A program made the translations under genes and the position numbers. The notes below the pieces were generated by a model. That model saw only the letters and a list, made by a program, of their open reading frames with translations. It was not told the origin of the DNA and did no database searches. DNA of 63,877 nucleotides, the filler included, from Kipferlia bialata (taxonomy: Eukaryota), in assembly GCA_003568945.1 (NCBI GenBank). It is 4 parts of 4 records of this genome, joined end to end, with 100 filler letters (N's around TTAATTAATTAA, not from the genome) between each part and the next. Parts side by side here need not be neighbours in the genome. Positions count along the whole stretch, not along the records: positions 22,399 to 44,691 come from BDIP01000298.1; positions 44,792 to 58,408 come from BDIP01000360.1; 2 more parts are not named here. One strand, 5' to 3'. Of this stretch, positions 42,425 through 55,859 are shown piece by piece; position 1 is the stretch's first letter; the number at the start of each line of letters is the position of its first letter.

Positions 42425-43473
42425 TTGCCGTTGTCGAAGGAGACGCATGGGCTCAGATACAGAGAAAGAGAGAAAGAGATAATGAAGAATACACTACCAG
42501 AGGTAAATACCAACACATACAAGTCACTACTACATTCTTGATGCTGGGTAGTAGTCGTCATACTGGATATCAAGGCAAATATGTGTCTGTTTATCTACAT
42601 ATACATATACACTATAGGGAATATTTATATTTCGTTATATATTTGTATTCATACATATATATGTATACATGTCTACATACTTGATGCTGGGTAGTAGTCG
42701 TCGTACTGGAAGTTGGCAGGGGCATACATCTCTAGGGTTAGAGAGTGGGGGAGAGAGAGAGAGAGAGAGAGAGTAAACTCACCGTTCAGCACATCCTGCT
42801 CCATGTAGACATGGATGTCAGTATTATTAGTATCAGTATCATCACAAAGATAGAGAGAGAGAGAATATACTCAGTATCAGTATCAGTATCACTCACCGTC
42901 CAGCACGTCCTGCTCCATGTAGACATGGAGGTCAGTATAAGTATCAGTATTAGCATCAGTATTAGTATCAGTATTAGTAACTATATCATCATAAAATAGA
43001 GAGAGAAGACACTCACCGTCCAGCACGTCCTGCTCCATGTAGACATGGATGTCGGCAATGACAGACACGTTGAACAGAGGGTGGTTGAACCCATAGACAT
43101 CCTCTGAGAGTTAGAAGGACCTGGGTTCGAATCCCACTTAGGCACACAAAAGAATAGGGTTGAAGACAGGGTGGTTGAACCCATAGGCATCCTCTGAAAG
43201 TGAGAGACAGATTAATAGCGTGGAGGCAAATGAGGTTCGTGGGTACGAATCCTATAGGCACTACTTATACCTGCAAACACTGGCCAGTCAGAGTGGACTG
43301 ATATGGGCAGCTCTGGGATGGTAGGGATAGCCATGTCACAGACAGAGCCGGTCCATCCTGCGTCGCAAAGACAGCCTCTGACAATAAGGGGCTAGGTGGA
43401 GAGAGAGAGAGACAGAGAGAGAGACAGACCCGGTCCACCCTGCATCACAGAGACATCCCCTGATATTAGGGGT

Positions 43474-43508
<35 letters not shown>

Positions 43509-44073
43509 TGGCCATGTCACAAACAGAGCCGGTCCACCCTGCGTCGCAAAGACATCCTCTGAGAATAAGGGTGTAGAGAGAGATAGAGAGGGGGGGATGA
43601 TCATGTCACAGACAGAGCGGAGGGGTGTAGCGGGAGAGAGATCTACAAAGACACCCTCTGGCAATAAGGATGTAGACGAGAGAGGGAGAGAGAGAGCCAG
43701 GTCACAATATTATTTATATATACATGTATATGAGTATACCTGTCTCCTGTGAGTGTACCGTGCTGGCAGAGACTGTCCTAAACACACACATATATATATG
43801 TATATAAAATAAATATATCAACAGGTAAACATATATATACCTATCTCCTGTGAGTATACCATGCTGACAGTGGCTGTCCTCACTTTGGTACATTATATAT
43901 ATACTAATGAACACGTATCACACATATATACATGTTTGTACTCATACACACCTATCTCCTGTGAGTGTACCGTGCTGGCAGAGACTGTCCTCAGTGGGGA
44001 TGGAACAGTCATAGCCACCCCATCCGTCAAGGCAGGCACAACCTAAGAATGAGATACTAGTAAAACAATATAG

Positions 44074-44109
<36 letters not shown>

Positions 44110-44265
44110 ACAGTCATAGCCACCCCAGCCGTCTAGACAAGCACAGCCTACTATTAGAGAGATGCCATACATATATAAGACGGAGAGAGAGAGAGTATGG
44201 AGCAGTCATAGCCACCCCAGCCGTCTAGACAGGCGCAACATACTATTAGAGATGGCATAATGTAG

Positions 44266-44303
<38 letters not shown>

Positions 44304-44540
44304 TGTAAATACTAATAAAGAGAGAGAGAGAAAGGCCTTGTATTAGAGACTCAGTCAGAGATGGGAAATATTAATACAGTAGTATCTAGTATTACTCAGT
44401 GTAAAGAGAGAGAGAATGTCATAGCCACCCCAGCCATACAGACATGTACATCCAATTACTAGATGTGTGTATATATATATACAACATTATACTCACCTCT
44501 CTGTCCAGCACAGACTCCATGGCCAACATGGCTCATGCAG
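37023..44540 (-). CDS. cotH: CotH-family protein kinase with N-terminal EGF-like Cys-rich modules, 5'-partial
   Basis: CotH motifs lie in successive exons: NVAIKLHGYSTR, AKKSFTIKFDEY, DPSLVRE, PSLRVSYAGLWINEVYYGLVQIQEPVDKNFYKSRYGNHKGNAYK, FNLDGFIRAMVLEVV, DGYGFNGNNWRMY, QYLPFDF. The end reads WGVEEFVHRRWLSAMEQLGQY*. The N-terminal exons read CMSHVGHGVCAGQRGCACLDGW.GYDCSIP and CQHGTLTGD. Confidence 0.85.
39936..39982. other. Intra-scaffold gap inside a CotH intron
   Basis: N run with no linker motif, between (TA)-rich flanks. Confidence 0.95.
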
Positions 44541-44639
44541 CTGAGATTAGATATATATATATATATAGAGAGAGAGAGACAGAGAGAGACAGAGAGAGAG
44601 AGAGATGCCATGGCCAACATGGTTCATACAGCTGGGGTC

Positions 44640-44691
<52 letters not shown>

Positions 44692-44791
44692 NNNNNNNNN
44701 NNNNNNNNNNNNNNNNNNNNNNNNNNNNNNNNNNNTTAATTAATTAANNNNNNNNNNNNNNNNNNNNNNNNNNNNNNNNNNNNNNNNNNNN
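44692..44791. other. Artificial contig linker
   Basis: N44-TTAATTAATTAA-N44. Confidence 0.97.
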
Positions 44792-44850
44792 TTTTTTTTT
44801 TTCCCCCCCCCTTTCCCCCCCCCCCCCCCCCCCATATCCTTACCCTATAG

Positions 44851-46051
44851 GTTCATCCTCAACCTCTGGGACACAGCTGGCCAGGAGAGGTTCAAGAGCC
44901 TCACACAGGTTGGGCATTATCACTGCATCTGTACATATACTTCGACTCCTGGGTACAGTCTCTTTTGCCCCTCCTCTACCTATTTGAAGTGACATGCTTC
45001 TATCTGATCTGCGGCATTCATGAACCACTCACCTCTAGCTGTACTTCCGTGGTGCCAAGATTGCTGTCCTGGTGTGTGATGTGACTGAGGCCGCCTCTTT
45101 TGGGGCCAACCTCACATTCTGTACGATACTTGTATGTTTACTATATATGGGGCATTTCCTTGTCTATGACTCAGATTATGTCTCAGAGCCAGGGCCACCG
45201 GTACTCTCTCTCTCTGATATATACTTTTATACATATACACCCACACCCAGGGTATGATGCCCTCAGGGCTGCCACAGACGAGTGTGCTGTCATCCTGGCC
45301 GTCAACAAGGTGGGCATCAATATACATAGTATAGCATTAGGAAGACACAGACACTCTCTCTTCTCTCTTTCTCTCTTTCTCTCTCTCTGGATACCCCCCC
45401 CCCACCTCAGTACGACCTGATTGAGGGCAGACCCGGCATGAGGGACATCGATGAGACTGCCATCGAGGCATTCTGCCAGGAGAGAAACAGTACGTATCAC
45501 TTGCCATATTTCATATACCCACATATATCAGTGCGTTACCTGCAAATAATGTGTCATAACTGCGATACTGTGCCTCACCCCTCACCCCAGTCTCCTGGTT
45601 CTACACCTCTGCCAAGAGTGGCCTCAACGTCAATGAGCTGTTCGAGGGTGGGTCTATGTCCTGTCTTGATATATATATGTATACACTACGAATGGATATC
45701 CTGTCTTGACATTCTGTTTCATTACGTCTATATACCTGTGTGCTACGTATTCACCCCAGGCGCTGTGGAGAAGTATCTCGACACATACAGACCAGACCTC
45801 TGGAACGGCAAGTACGTGTCTCTGTCTCTGTCTATCTAGAATATGTATAGTGGTATGTATATATATAGGTATATTTATGTACCACTGACCCAGGGCCTGT
45901 TCCCTGCTCTCTCTCTCTCTCTGTCTCTTTGTAGTATTTGTATGGCATGTATATGTATACCTCCGACCCCAGGGCCCGTTCCCTGCCCTCCCAGGTGCCT
46001 GGGGGTGTCAACCTGAGTGCACAGCAGAGTGGAGGGGGGTGCCCTTGCTAG
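44851..46051 (+). CDS. Rab-family small GTPase, 5'-partial (P-loop exon is off the contig)
   Basis: Spliced product: FILNLWDTAGQERFKSLTQ|LYFRGAKIAVLVCDVT...|...VILAVNK|YDL...|WFYTSAKSGLNVNELFE|...|SGGGCPC*. G3, G4 and G5 motifs and a C-terminal CXC prenylation signal are present. Subfamily not assigned. Confidence 0.92.
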
Positions 46052-46625
46052 GAAGAGTGATGGCAAGAGAGAGAAGATGTGTGTATGATACTGTGTGTGG
46101 GGAAATAGATACTATATTGACATGTTCACTCTTATCTTACCTAGCATATACACGACAGTTCCACACACAACCATGAATTGCTCATTGCGTTTATTGTAAT
46201 TACATCATCAAAGACACTGCTTAAACTGGTACTGAGGTGGACACCTGTCCCACCCCTCTGTCACCTCTCTCTCTCTCTCTCTCTGTCAAACACACGCTGG
46301 GGACAACTGTCAGGGAGATTCCCTCTCTCCCTCTCTCCAAGTGCCCTGCCCATAATACACATCACATACACCACTCTGGCCCAGGGACCCTCTCTCTCCC
46401 TATGCCCCCCGGCCACAGTGTCAACATCCTGTCTGAAGAGTGTACACACCCACTGACACACTAGCATGAGTGCTAGTGGTAGCTATAGGGGTCACCCATC
46501 TCTCTCTCTCTCTCAGATACCCCTCAGGGGGCAGCCAGGAAACATACTGAATCTCTTCTCTCTCTCTCATGTTGGTCACGTCAATCAAAGTCTCTCTCTC
46601 TCTCTCTCTCTGCCTCACTGTCTGT

Positions 46626-48577
<1,952 letters not shown>

Positions 48578-48751
48578 GGCTGGTATCTTTTGCTGAACTG
48601 GGTGTGACTTGTGGGTCGTTCTGGGGGTAGAGCAGTCAGGTTTGGCTTGAAAGAAATCGGATAGTCGGAAACTCCGACCGGTTTCTGCGTGGCTGGGCAA
48701 ACCAGTATCGCTATGCCTTCTGGCCATTCGCTATACACACTGGCCCGCGAG
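48578..48751. promoter_or_regulatory. Compact divergent (putative bidirectional) promoter between GSK3 and the cyclophilin gene
   Basis: Head-to-head ATGs at 48577(-) and 48713 or 48752(+). The spacer is microsatellite-free and contains the inverted repeat GTCGGA-AAC-TCCGAC (~48664-48678). Confidence 0.6.
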
Positions 48752-51700
48752 ATGTCCAAGGTCAATGTGTTCCTGGAGGTGAGCCAGGGAGGGTCGGTGC
48801 TTGGACGCATTGAGGTCGAGCTCCGGTTTGACGTGTGTCCAAAGACATGCGAGAACTTCAAGTGAGTGGCTCAAAGTACACTTCTAGTCTCGAGTGCATT
48901 TCACCCCTCCAAAGGTAACATAGTAGCCAACTGACATCAGGTGTCTTTGCACTGGTGAGAGGGGTGGCAACCTCCACTTCAAGGACAGCCCCCTCCACCG
49001 CATCATCCCTGGGTGAGTGATACATACAGGATGTGTATGAGTGTTTGGGTGGGCAATAGGTTTCCTCCCAATGCTATGTCGTACTGCGTCTATCTGCAAC
49101 ACTGACATTGACTATCCTCAGTGTGAGCAGTGTGTAGTATGTGTGGAGTGCCGCCCTACCTCTCATTCACCTCATACTCCTCACCCCTAGCTTCATGATC
49201 CAGGGAGGTGACTTCACCACTGGCGATGGAAGGGGCGGGGAGTCCATCTACGGAGGACGCTTCAAGGATGAGAACTTCACCCTCAGACACGACCGTACGT
49301 GTAATAATAATGGTGGCTCATGTCTCTGTCTCTGTTTCTGATACCAGGCCCAGGTGTGCTGTCCATGGCCAATGCCGGCCCCAACACCAACGGCAGTCAG
49401 TTCTTCATCACACTGGCACCCACACCACACCTCGACGGTACGGTAATGCACCCCCCCCCCCCCCCCCCTATATACCCCCCCCCTCCCCCCCCCCCCCCCC
49501 CCCCCCCCCCCCTTCTGTCTGATACCAGGCACCTCTCTGTCACTGGCGACTGTCTCAAGACATTCTCGGGGACAGGCCGGAGGAGCCACAGGGATGGGCC
49601 GCTGGCTAGGTGCGCTGCCTTCTGTCTATCATTATTACCATTACTATTGTGCACTTGCCTGTTCCACTCTCTTCTGCCTCTATCACTCTCTTCTCTCCTA
49701 TGTATCTTCAGGGCCGTATTTCACAACAGGACTTTTATATATGTGTATATTCATAAGTAATAATGTCTATATTCATCTAGTGTATTCGTGCCCCCTCACC
49801 CCCAGGGCCATGTTCCACTCCCCCACAGGCATCTGTGTCACATCCGACAACTCAGTCCTGGTGGCAGACAGTGGCAACCACGTCGTCAGGTAGCAGCAGC
49901 GGTGGAGATGGGACTCTCTCTGTTGACGTTGGCACACACACTTATATATATATAACCACCACCCCCCACCCCCAGGATGATCCACCCCTCATCCGGGTCT
50001 GTGTCCACTCTGGCCGGTAAGGCAGGGGCCAGTGGCTATCTGGACAGCACCGACCCCAGGCACGCTCAGGTAGGCAGAGGAATATTGTATGGTCCTAGAC
50101 CCTTCATCTATCTCTCTCTCTCTCTCTCCCCCCCCCCAACCCCAGTTCTGCCGCCCCGAGGGTCTGTGCATTCTGGCAGATGGGTCTATATTGGTGGCAG
50201 ACAGTGGGAACAACTGCGTCAGGTATCAGTTCACACTTGTTAACAGTGCATGAATATACCTGACTTCCCCCCTCACCCCTAGACACATTGCAGCTGGTAC
50301 CCTGGCCGTTACCACTGTGGCCGGGTGCCCCACCCCGGGGTATCAGGACGGAGAGCCGAGCGTGGCACGGTTCGCAAGGTGCGGAGGGGTACTCATATAT
50401 GGCATGGTGTGTACTGTTCTCCCGTTCTACAATTGCCTGTATATATCTGACCCAGGCCGTCTGACGTTGCTGTGTGTTGGGACGGGTCTGTGCTGGTGTG
50501 TGACTGTGAGAACAACACAATCAGAGTCATCACCCCAAGGCTAGACAGGGTGTCCACCCTCACAGGGGGTGGGGGGGGGGCCAAGTGGGGGATGAAGAAC
50601 GGGGACCTCAGGTGCATGATGAGTTGATGATGAGTTGGGGCAGGGGTGCTCGGGTCTATATGTGTACATACTTCCCTATTTGTATTGTCGCCGTCTATTC
50701 GGCCTTGCTCCCGGCTTCTCTGTTTAACCGTATACTAACACCTATAATAGTGTGTGTCTCTCTATGTTCCTTCGGTGTTCTGTGCCCTCACCCCAGCTCC
50801 TCTCTCTTCAACCTGCCCCGCTGTCTGTGTGTGTCTGGTGACTCCGTGTTCATATCAGACAGTGGCAACAACTGCATCAGAGTGCTGGCCAGGTATGGGG
50901 CCATGCATGAGTGTGTATATAGAGAGTGTAGGCATGGATATGGCCTAATCCCCCCACCCCCCTGACCCGTCAGGAGCAGCAAGCCCCTCGACTTTGGCGG
51001 CCCCTCCCCCTCTGAGGATAGTATGGGGCATGACCCCATGTCCATGTCCAAGGGTATGGGCATGGGTGTATCTAGGGGTACAGGTGGGTACCCCGCCAGT
51101 GGCAGTGGCAGGGCGTCCACCTTCCAGACCTCCCTGGATGCAGAGACCATCCGCCAGAGGGAGAGGGACGATGCGTCCCAGTATGCCCAGCTGCACAAGG
51201 TGCCCACCCCCTCGACCTGGGCTGGGTATGGGGTACAGGCCCTGGCCCCCCCTGTGCACACCATGCACCCCACACAGGGGTCTATGGCAAGGGGTATGGG
51301 GGGGGCAGAGGTGGGGGTGAGCAGGGAGAGGTCCAGGCCGTACGGTGCCTACGGAGCATCCTCCTCCTCCACTGGCCTGGGTGCCACGGGTGCCATGCCT
51401 GTATACAGGGAGAGAGAGAGAGAGAGAGAGAGAGCACAGGGGGCAGAGCCAGACCCCCTGTCTGTGTCGACAGGGGCAGGGGGCAGGAGGCAGGGGAGGG
51501 TCCAGCCCGCATTCTCCCTCATACCCCAGACAGAGGAGACACATGCGCCTGCCCCAGTGTACTACAACAGTGCCCATGCTACAGCGGGGGAGAGAGAGAG
51601 AGAGGGAGAGGGTGCATTGTCTGTTGATGCTGGTCTAAACACCAGTGGGTACCAGAGGCAGCGGTGGGATGCACCTGGTAGTGCAAGGAGGACAGGGGGT

Positions 51701-54482
51701 AGTGCTAGGGGGGATTCAGAGAGTACGTGTCGGCTACTATCATGTTGTTACTCTGAATACTGTGAGTATATATATACTGTCTAAGACTCCCTGTTCACCC
51801 TTCAGACTCTGCCCCTGTGTCCAGAGCACAGACTGATGGACAGAGGCCTGATGGACCGTCCACCCAGTCCTATATATATGCACGGCCTGCCTCTGCCTCC
51901 AGGGGTTCAATGGGTGGGGGGGAGAACAACACCTTCCGCCAGGCAGTGTCTGCCTCCTTCCTCGACACACCCATACACCCACACGTAGACACACATGCAC
52001 CCCCTGAGACACACCAGGTGGACAGGTACGGCACAAGTGTGCAGGACCATGCCCCTGGTATGACTAGTATGACTGGCATGGCTAGCATGATGCAGCCCAG
52101 GGAGAGGGCAGGGGAGAGGCGGGTCAGCTTCGACGCAGCCACCTTGCGGGCTGATTCCCTAGGGGGCAGGGAGAGAGACAGGGCGGCCGAGAGGGAGAGG
52201 GAGAGAGAGGTCGAGCACCTGAGGCACAGTGAGGAGGCGGAGGAGAGAGAGAGACAGGCCGCCAGAGAGAGAGTGGACAGAGACATCGAGAGAGGGAGAC
52301 AGATGGAGATGGATAGAGAGAGGGAGAGAGAGGCTGCGAGGCTGGAGGAGGAGAGAGAGAGAGAGAGAGATCAGCCGGTGGAGCAGCAGGACACAGGATT
52401 TGAGACCAACGCAGGATTTGGATCGGAGCCCCTTTGGGACGGAGAGGAGGAGAGGGAGAGGGAGAGGGAGAGAGAGAGAGAGGATGGAGGGGGAGAGGGG
52501 GAGAGGTATGTGGAGACTGTGGGAGACCTGGACCTGGGTGAGTCGAGGTACACTCCCATGGGAGACGGGGCAGGGGGGGAGAGGGATACCCGTGTCCCCA
52601 TTGGTTATGAGAGTGGCTATGAGACTGGGCCTCTGGAGGCACAGAGCCTGAGGGGGAGTGTGGGGGTGGTCCCTGCCCATGATAGACCCCCCTCCCTACC
52701 CCCCTCCTCCACCTGTGTATGCCTGTCCACCCTGCTCCAGTCACTCAACGACAGACTCACAGGTCGGGGGATAGGGTTCATGTGTATACCACAACATGTA
52801 CCTCTATACATATTAGTATGTACTATTTACTTCTATTTAGCTCCCCCCCCCCCTCTCTGACCCTCCAGAGGATACCTCCTCCCACAACCTTAGGCCTAGG
52901 GACATCGCAGCCATACAGTCGCTGCTGGCCCTGGCAGTTGTAAGGGTATGTGGTGGTGATGTATGTACACTATACCTGCTCAACAGACATACTGTGGTAT
53001 AGTTATGCCTTACATTATACGCTATGTATATACCGCCGCTGATACCAGGCCCCCTCCGCCGGAGGGTCTGACCTGTCAGAGTCCCAGGCATATCACTCGT
53101 GCAGAGACACACTCCTCAAGGTAAGGCACCTACACATCGGTGTGGGCTTCTATGGGAACTAATACGCCTCTACATACCCTCACCGCCAGGACCTGCTCTC
53201 CCTGTCCCCGCTTCTCTTCAACGCCCCCCACCGCTCTGTATCCTCTCTCTCCCTCGCCACCACGCGTCGTGAGAGGGATAGAGACACTGACCCCGAGAGC
53301 AGGGTCACCAGCGACATCCACAACAGGAGGGGGTACTACCGTGCCGTGTCGCAGTCCATGCCTGCCCTGTCCGGGTGTGTGTCCACCAGAGTGATAGACA
53401 GGGACGACCTCGGCCTCCCTCTGCCCTTTCTGGGCCCCAGGGGTGCAGAGGGCGTGTTTGTGATGGACGAGACCATGGACGGATACCACACCCAGAGGGC
53501 GGGGGCGGCCCTTACATACAGGTGAGGGCATTGGTCGTGGGATAATAATCCGCTCTCCCTTTCTTCTTCTATCCTTTTTCATTGGAAACGCATTTTACTG
53601 GTTGTGATGGGCTCTGTCTCTCCCCCTCACCGTCCAGGGTACTGACTGATGTCATTGTATCCCAGAGCTCCCTGGATAGACTATCAAGAGAGGGGGAGAG
53701 AGAGAGGGGTGTGGAGCTGGTGGTCAGGCAGGGCCGGGGTCTGTCTGGGGCAGTCATACACAAGGTAGGAGGACTGGTAGTCGTGGCTGTACATATACCA
53801 CGACCCCTACCCACTCACAAACACCGTCCCCCTGACCCCAGTCCACCGTACCCATGTCCTCTCTGGTGGCCTCGGACAGTGCTGTGTCAGTGCCTGTGGA
53901 CATATCCATCCCGCTGCCCTCGAGGTCCATGTCTAGACCACAGTCCAGCACTACCAACAGCATGACGGGGGAGAGGGACGCACCAGACACGGGGGTCACC
54001 CTGCCATCCCCGGAGTTCCCACTCAGGTAGGTGGTCCTTAATATATAATAATAGTCACTGTACATCCATACTCCCTATAGTAGACCCACCCCAGGCGCCG
54101 CCGTGCCACAGACCTGCCTTCATCGTGTCAGGCTGCCGCAGCTGGGTGTGTGGTGTACGAACTGCCCTTCACCCTGTATGCCTCTGTGTCTAGGGGACAG
54201 GGGGTCAGTGCTTCCAGTGCCCACCAGGCAGCTGGGGTGGTGTCCCCCTGCACCCATACCCTGTGGCTCGTGGCACCCTCGTCCGTGCAGCAGCTGGCAA
54301 CATTAAAGGTAGGGGTATATATACCCAGTGGACTTGGTGATGAATAGTAAGTGTGTATTTGTATGTACTTATCCCAGGAGGCCCTTAGACGCCAGAGTGA
54401 GGCTGTTAGAGGCCATTCGAAATCCATCCGGTCTCTTGCCCAGTACACCTGCACTGCACAGTGTGTGGAGTACCAGCAGTGA
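48752..54482 (+). CDS. Cyclophilin-type PPIase domain followed by NHL repeats and a long low-complexity C-terminal region (probably one gene; junction uncertain)
   Basis: Cyclophilin part: [10 protein letters not shown]...[26 protein letters not shown]...[68 protein letters not shown]. Four NHL-type units follow: [59 protein letters not shown] and [19 protein letters not shown]. Long exons lie at ~50973-51723 and ~51806-52761, and the end reads QCVEYQQ*. An alternative in-frame ATG lies at 48713. The splice phase across the poly-C tract at 49450-49512 does not match. Confidence 0.7.
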
Positions 54483-54632
54483 ATGAATATGTAACAACTA
54501 TAGACAGCAGTCAGATCAATAGATATGATGGCATTCCCTGTTTGTTGCAATCGGTCCTCTCACCTGTCGCTTCATGCTGTGTTGTCTCCACACTCACCAA
54601 TACATACCCAGTCACACTGGCTTGTCATAGTC

Positions 54633-54868
54633 TAGATTTGTGTTGAATCTATAGCCTCCGGTAACCGGAGTTTGGCTGCAACACACAGTACATATTGAGC
54701 CTGTTGTGGACTGAAGACCACCAAGTCCATCCATAGGTATAATATGTCACGCAGAGGTGTCTAAGTAGTACTCAGTGAGTTACTCACTGAGTACAGAGAT
54801 TTGAGTAACGTCATGTTACTAAAATGCACTGCATAATGCAGTATGCAATGCATACTATGCATTATGTA
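54633..54868. repeat. Cluster of short inverted repeats (potential hairpins)
   Basis: TAGATT..AATCTA; CTCCGGT-A-ACCGGAG; perfect GTACTCAGTGAGT-T-ACTCACTGAGTAC (54768-54794); AGTAAC..GTTACT; bulged CATAATGCAGTATGCA-A-TGCATACTATGCATTATG. Confidence 0.8.
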
Positions 54869-55859
54869 TTTCGTCTATGACTCTTAGACAAGAGGACACT
54901 TTCAGTAGTGTAATAAGGTGGAGCTTAGAGTGTCGTTTACTAGGTGTCGGACATTCCCATCAGAGAGTGGTATATGATAAGTTCTGGAATATCCAACCTG
55001 GAGCTATGACACAGATTTCACTTCCCTATGAGGAATCTCCATGGAGGGTGTTTCTTCAGCACGTACCTATTGGTGCCGTTAACTGCGTGTTGGACAATCT
55101 AAGACTTAGAGTCTAAGAGGGTTCCCGACCAACTCTTGAAGTCGCCATGTCCTAGTCGTACAACGTACGAGTAATGCTGGACTCTTCAAGTTTCTGCGCG
55201 ACACACTGTCACTTGATATAGTGGATACTAATGGGAGACATCTAGAGGCCAGTGTCAGCTTTCGAGGTTTCATTAGTAGGTTAGAGGTTTCATTCTGCGA
55301 AAGCACACTCTAGCTGAGAGAGAGATAGAAATCAATGTGTTGATGTTCCAGTGGTACAGTGCCACTCTATTAAGGGTCTTTCAATCACAGGAATCCGTTG
55401 GGATTGACAAGTCTCAATGATTCTCAGCTGAATGTCAAAGTTCCGTTACACAGAGGGTCCTAGTCGGGACTCCCAACGGTCAGGTATCCAATGACGTAGC
55501 AGACAACTGATTTGTGCGACTTGTTTACAATCATACATCATCTTTACCTACACTAAACTCCACAATTATTCTTTTAATCGACAGCAGGGCTGGTAAAGTG
55601 CTGCTGGGAGGTTCTAGAACTAGATATTAGCTCATGAGTGAGACAGACGCGTCGGAAAGTCTGTACCCAGGAGAGCTGATCGTTGTTTCTGCACATTTTT
55701 ACTCCTGGCTGCTTTTGAATCCGTCAATACATATGGATATAGAATCTAAACATTAGACACAGATACTGTAGTAGATGCACTAAATGTGTTAGTTCCCCAC
55801 ATGCAACAGTCGGATCCTCGGTTAATCTACACACATGTGGTATTGTGCCAATACATGAC

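Larger units (their letters stand above)
1..44691. repeat. Dense intronic (TA)n, (GA/TC)n and (CA/TG)n microsatellites interleaved with partial exon duplicates
   Basis: Visible in most introns of contigs 1-2; the source of the YIYIYI/SLSLSL/ERERER spurious ORFs. Confidence 0.95.

Noticed and set aside
43117..43147. Possible complete intronic tRNA gene
   Set aside because: Only a T-arm and 3' end are recognisable, with no D-arm/A-box or matching acceptor 5' strand. It is reported as a fragment instead.
51870..52744. Long antisense SL/SP-rich ORFs (also 61578-62150 and 62600-62989)
   Set aside because: They are shadow frames of ER-rich exons on the opposite strand.
54877..55306. 79-aa and 66-aa ORFs in the intergenic island
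   Set aside because: No recognisable motifs, splice pattern or host-like codon style, so they are not supportable as genes.
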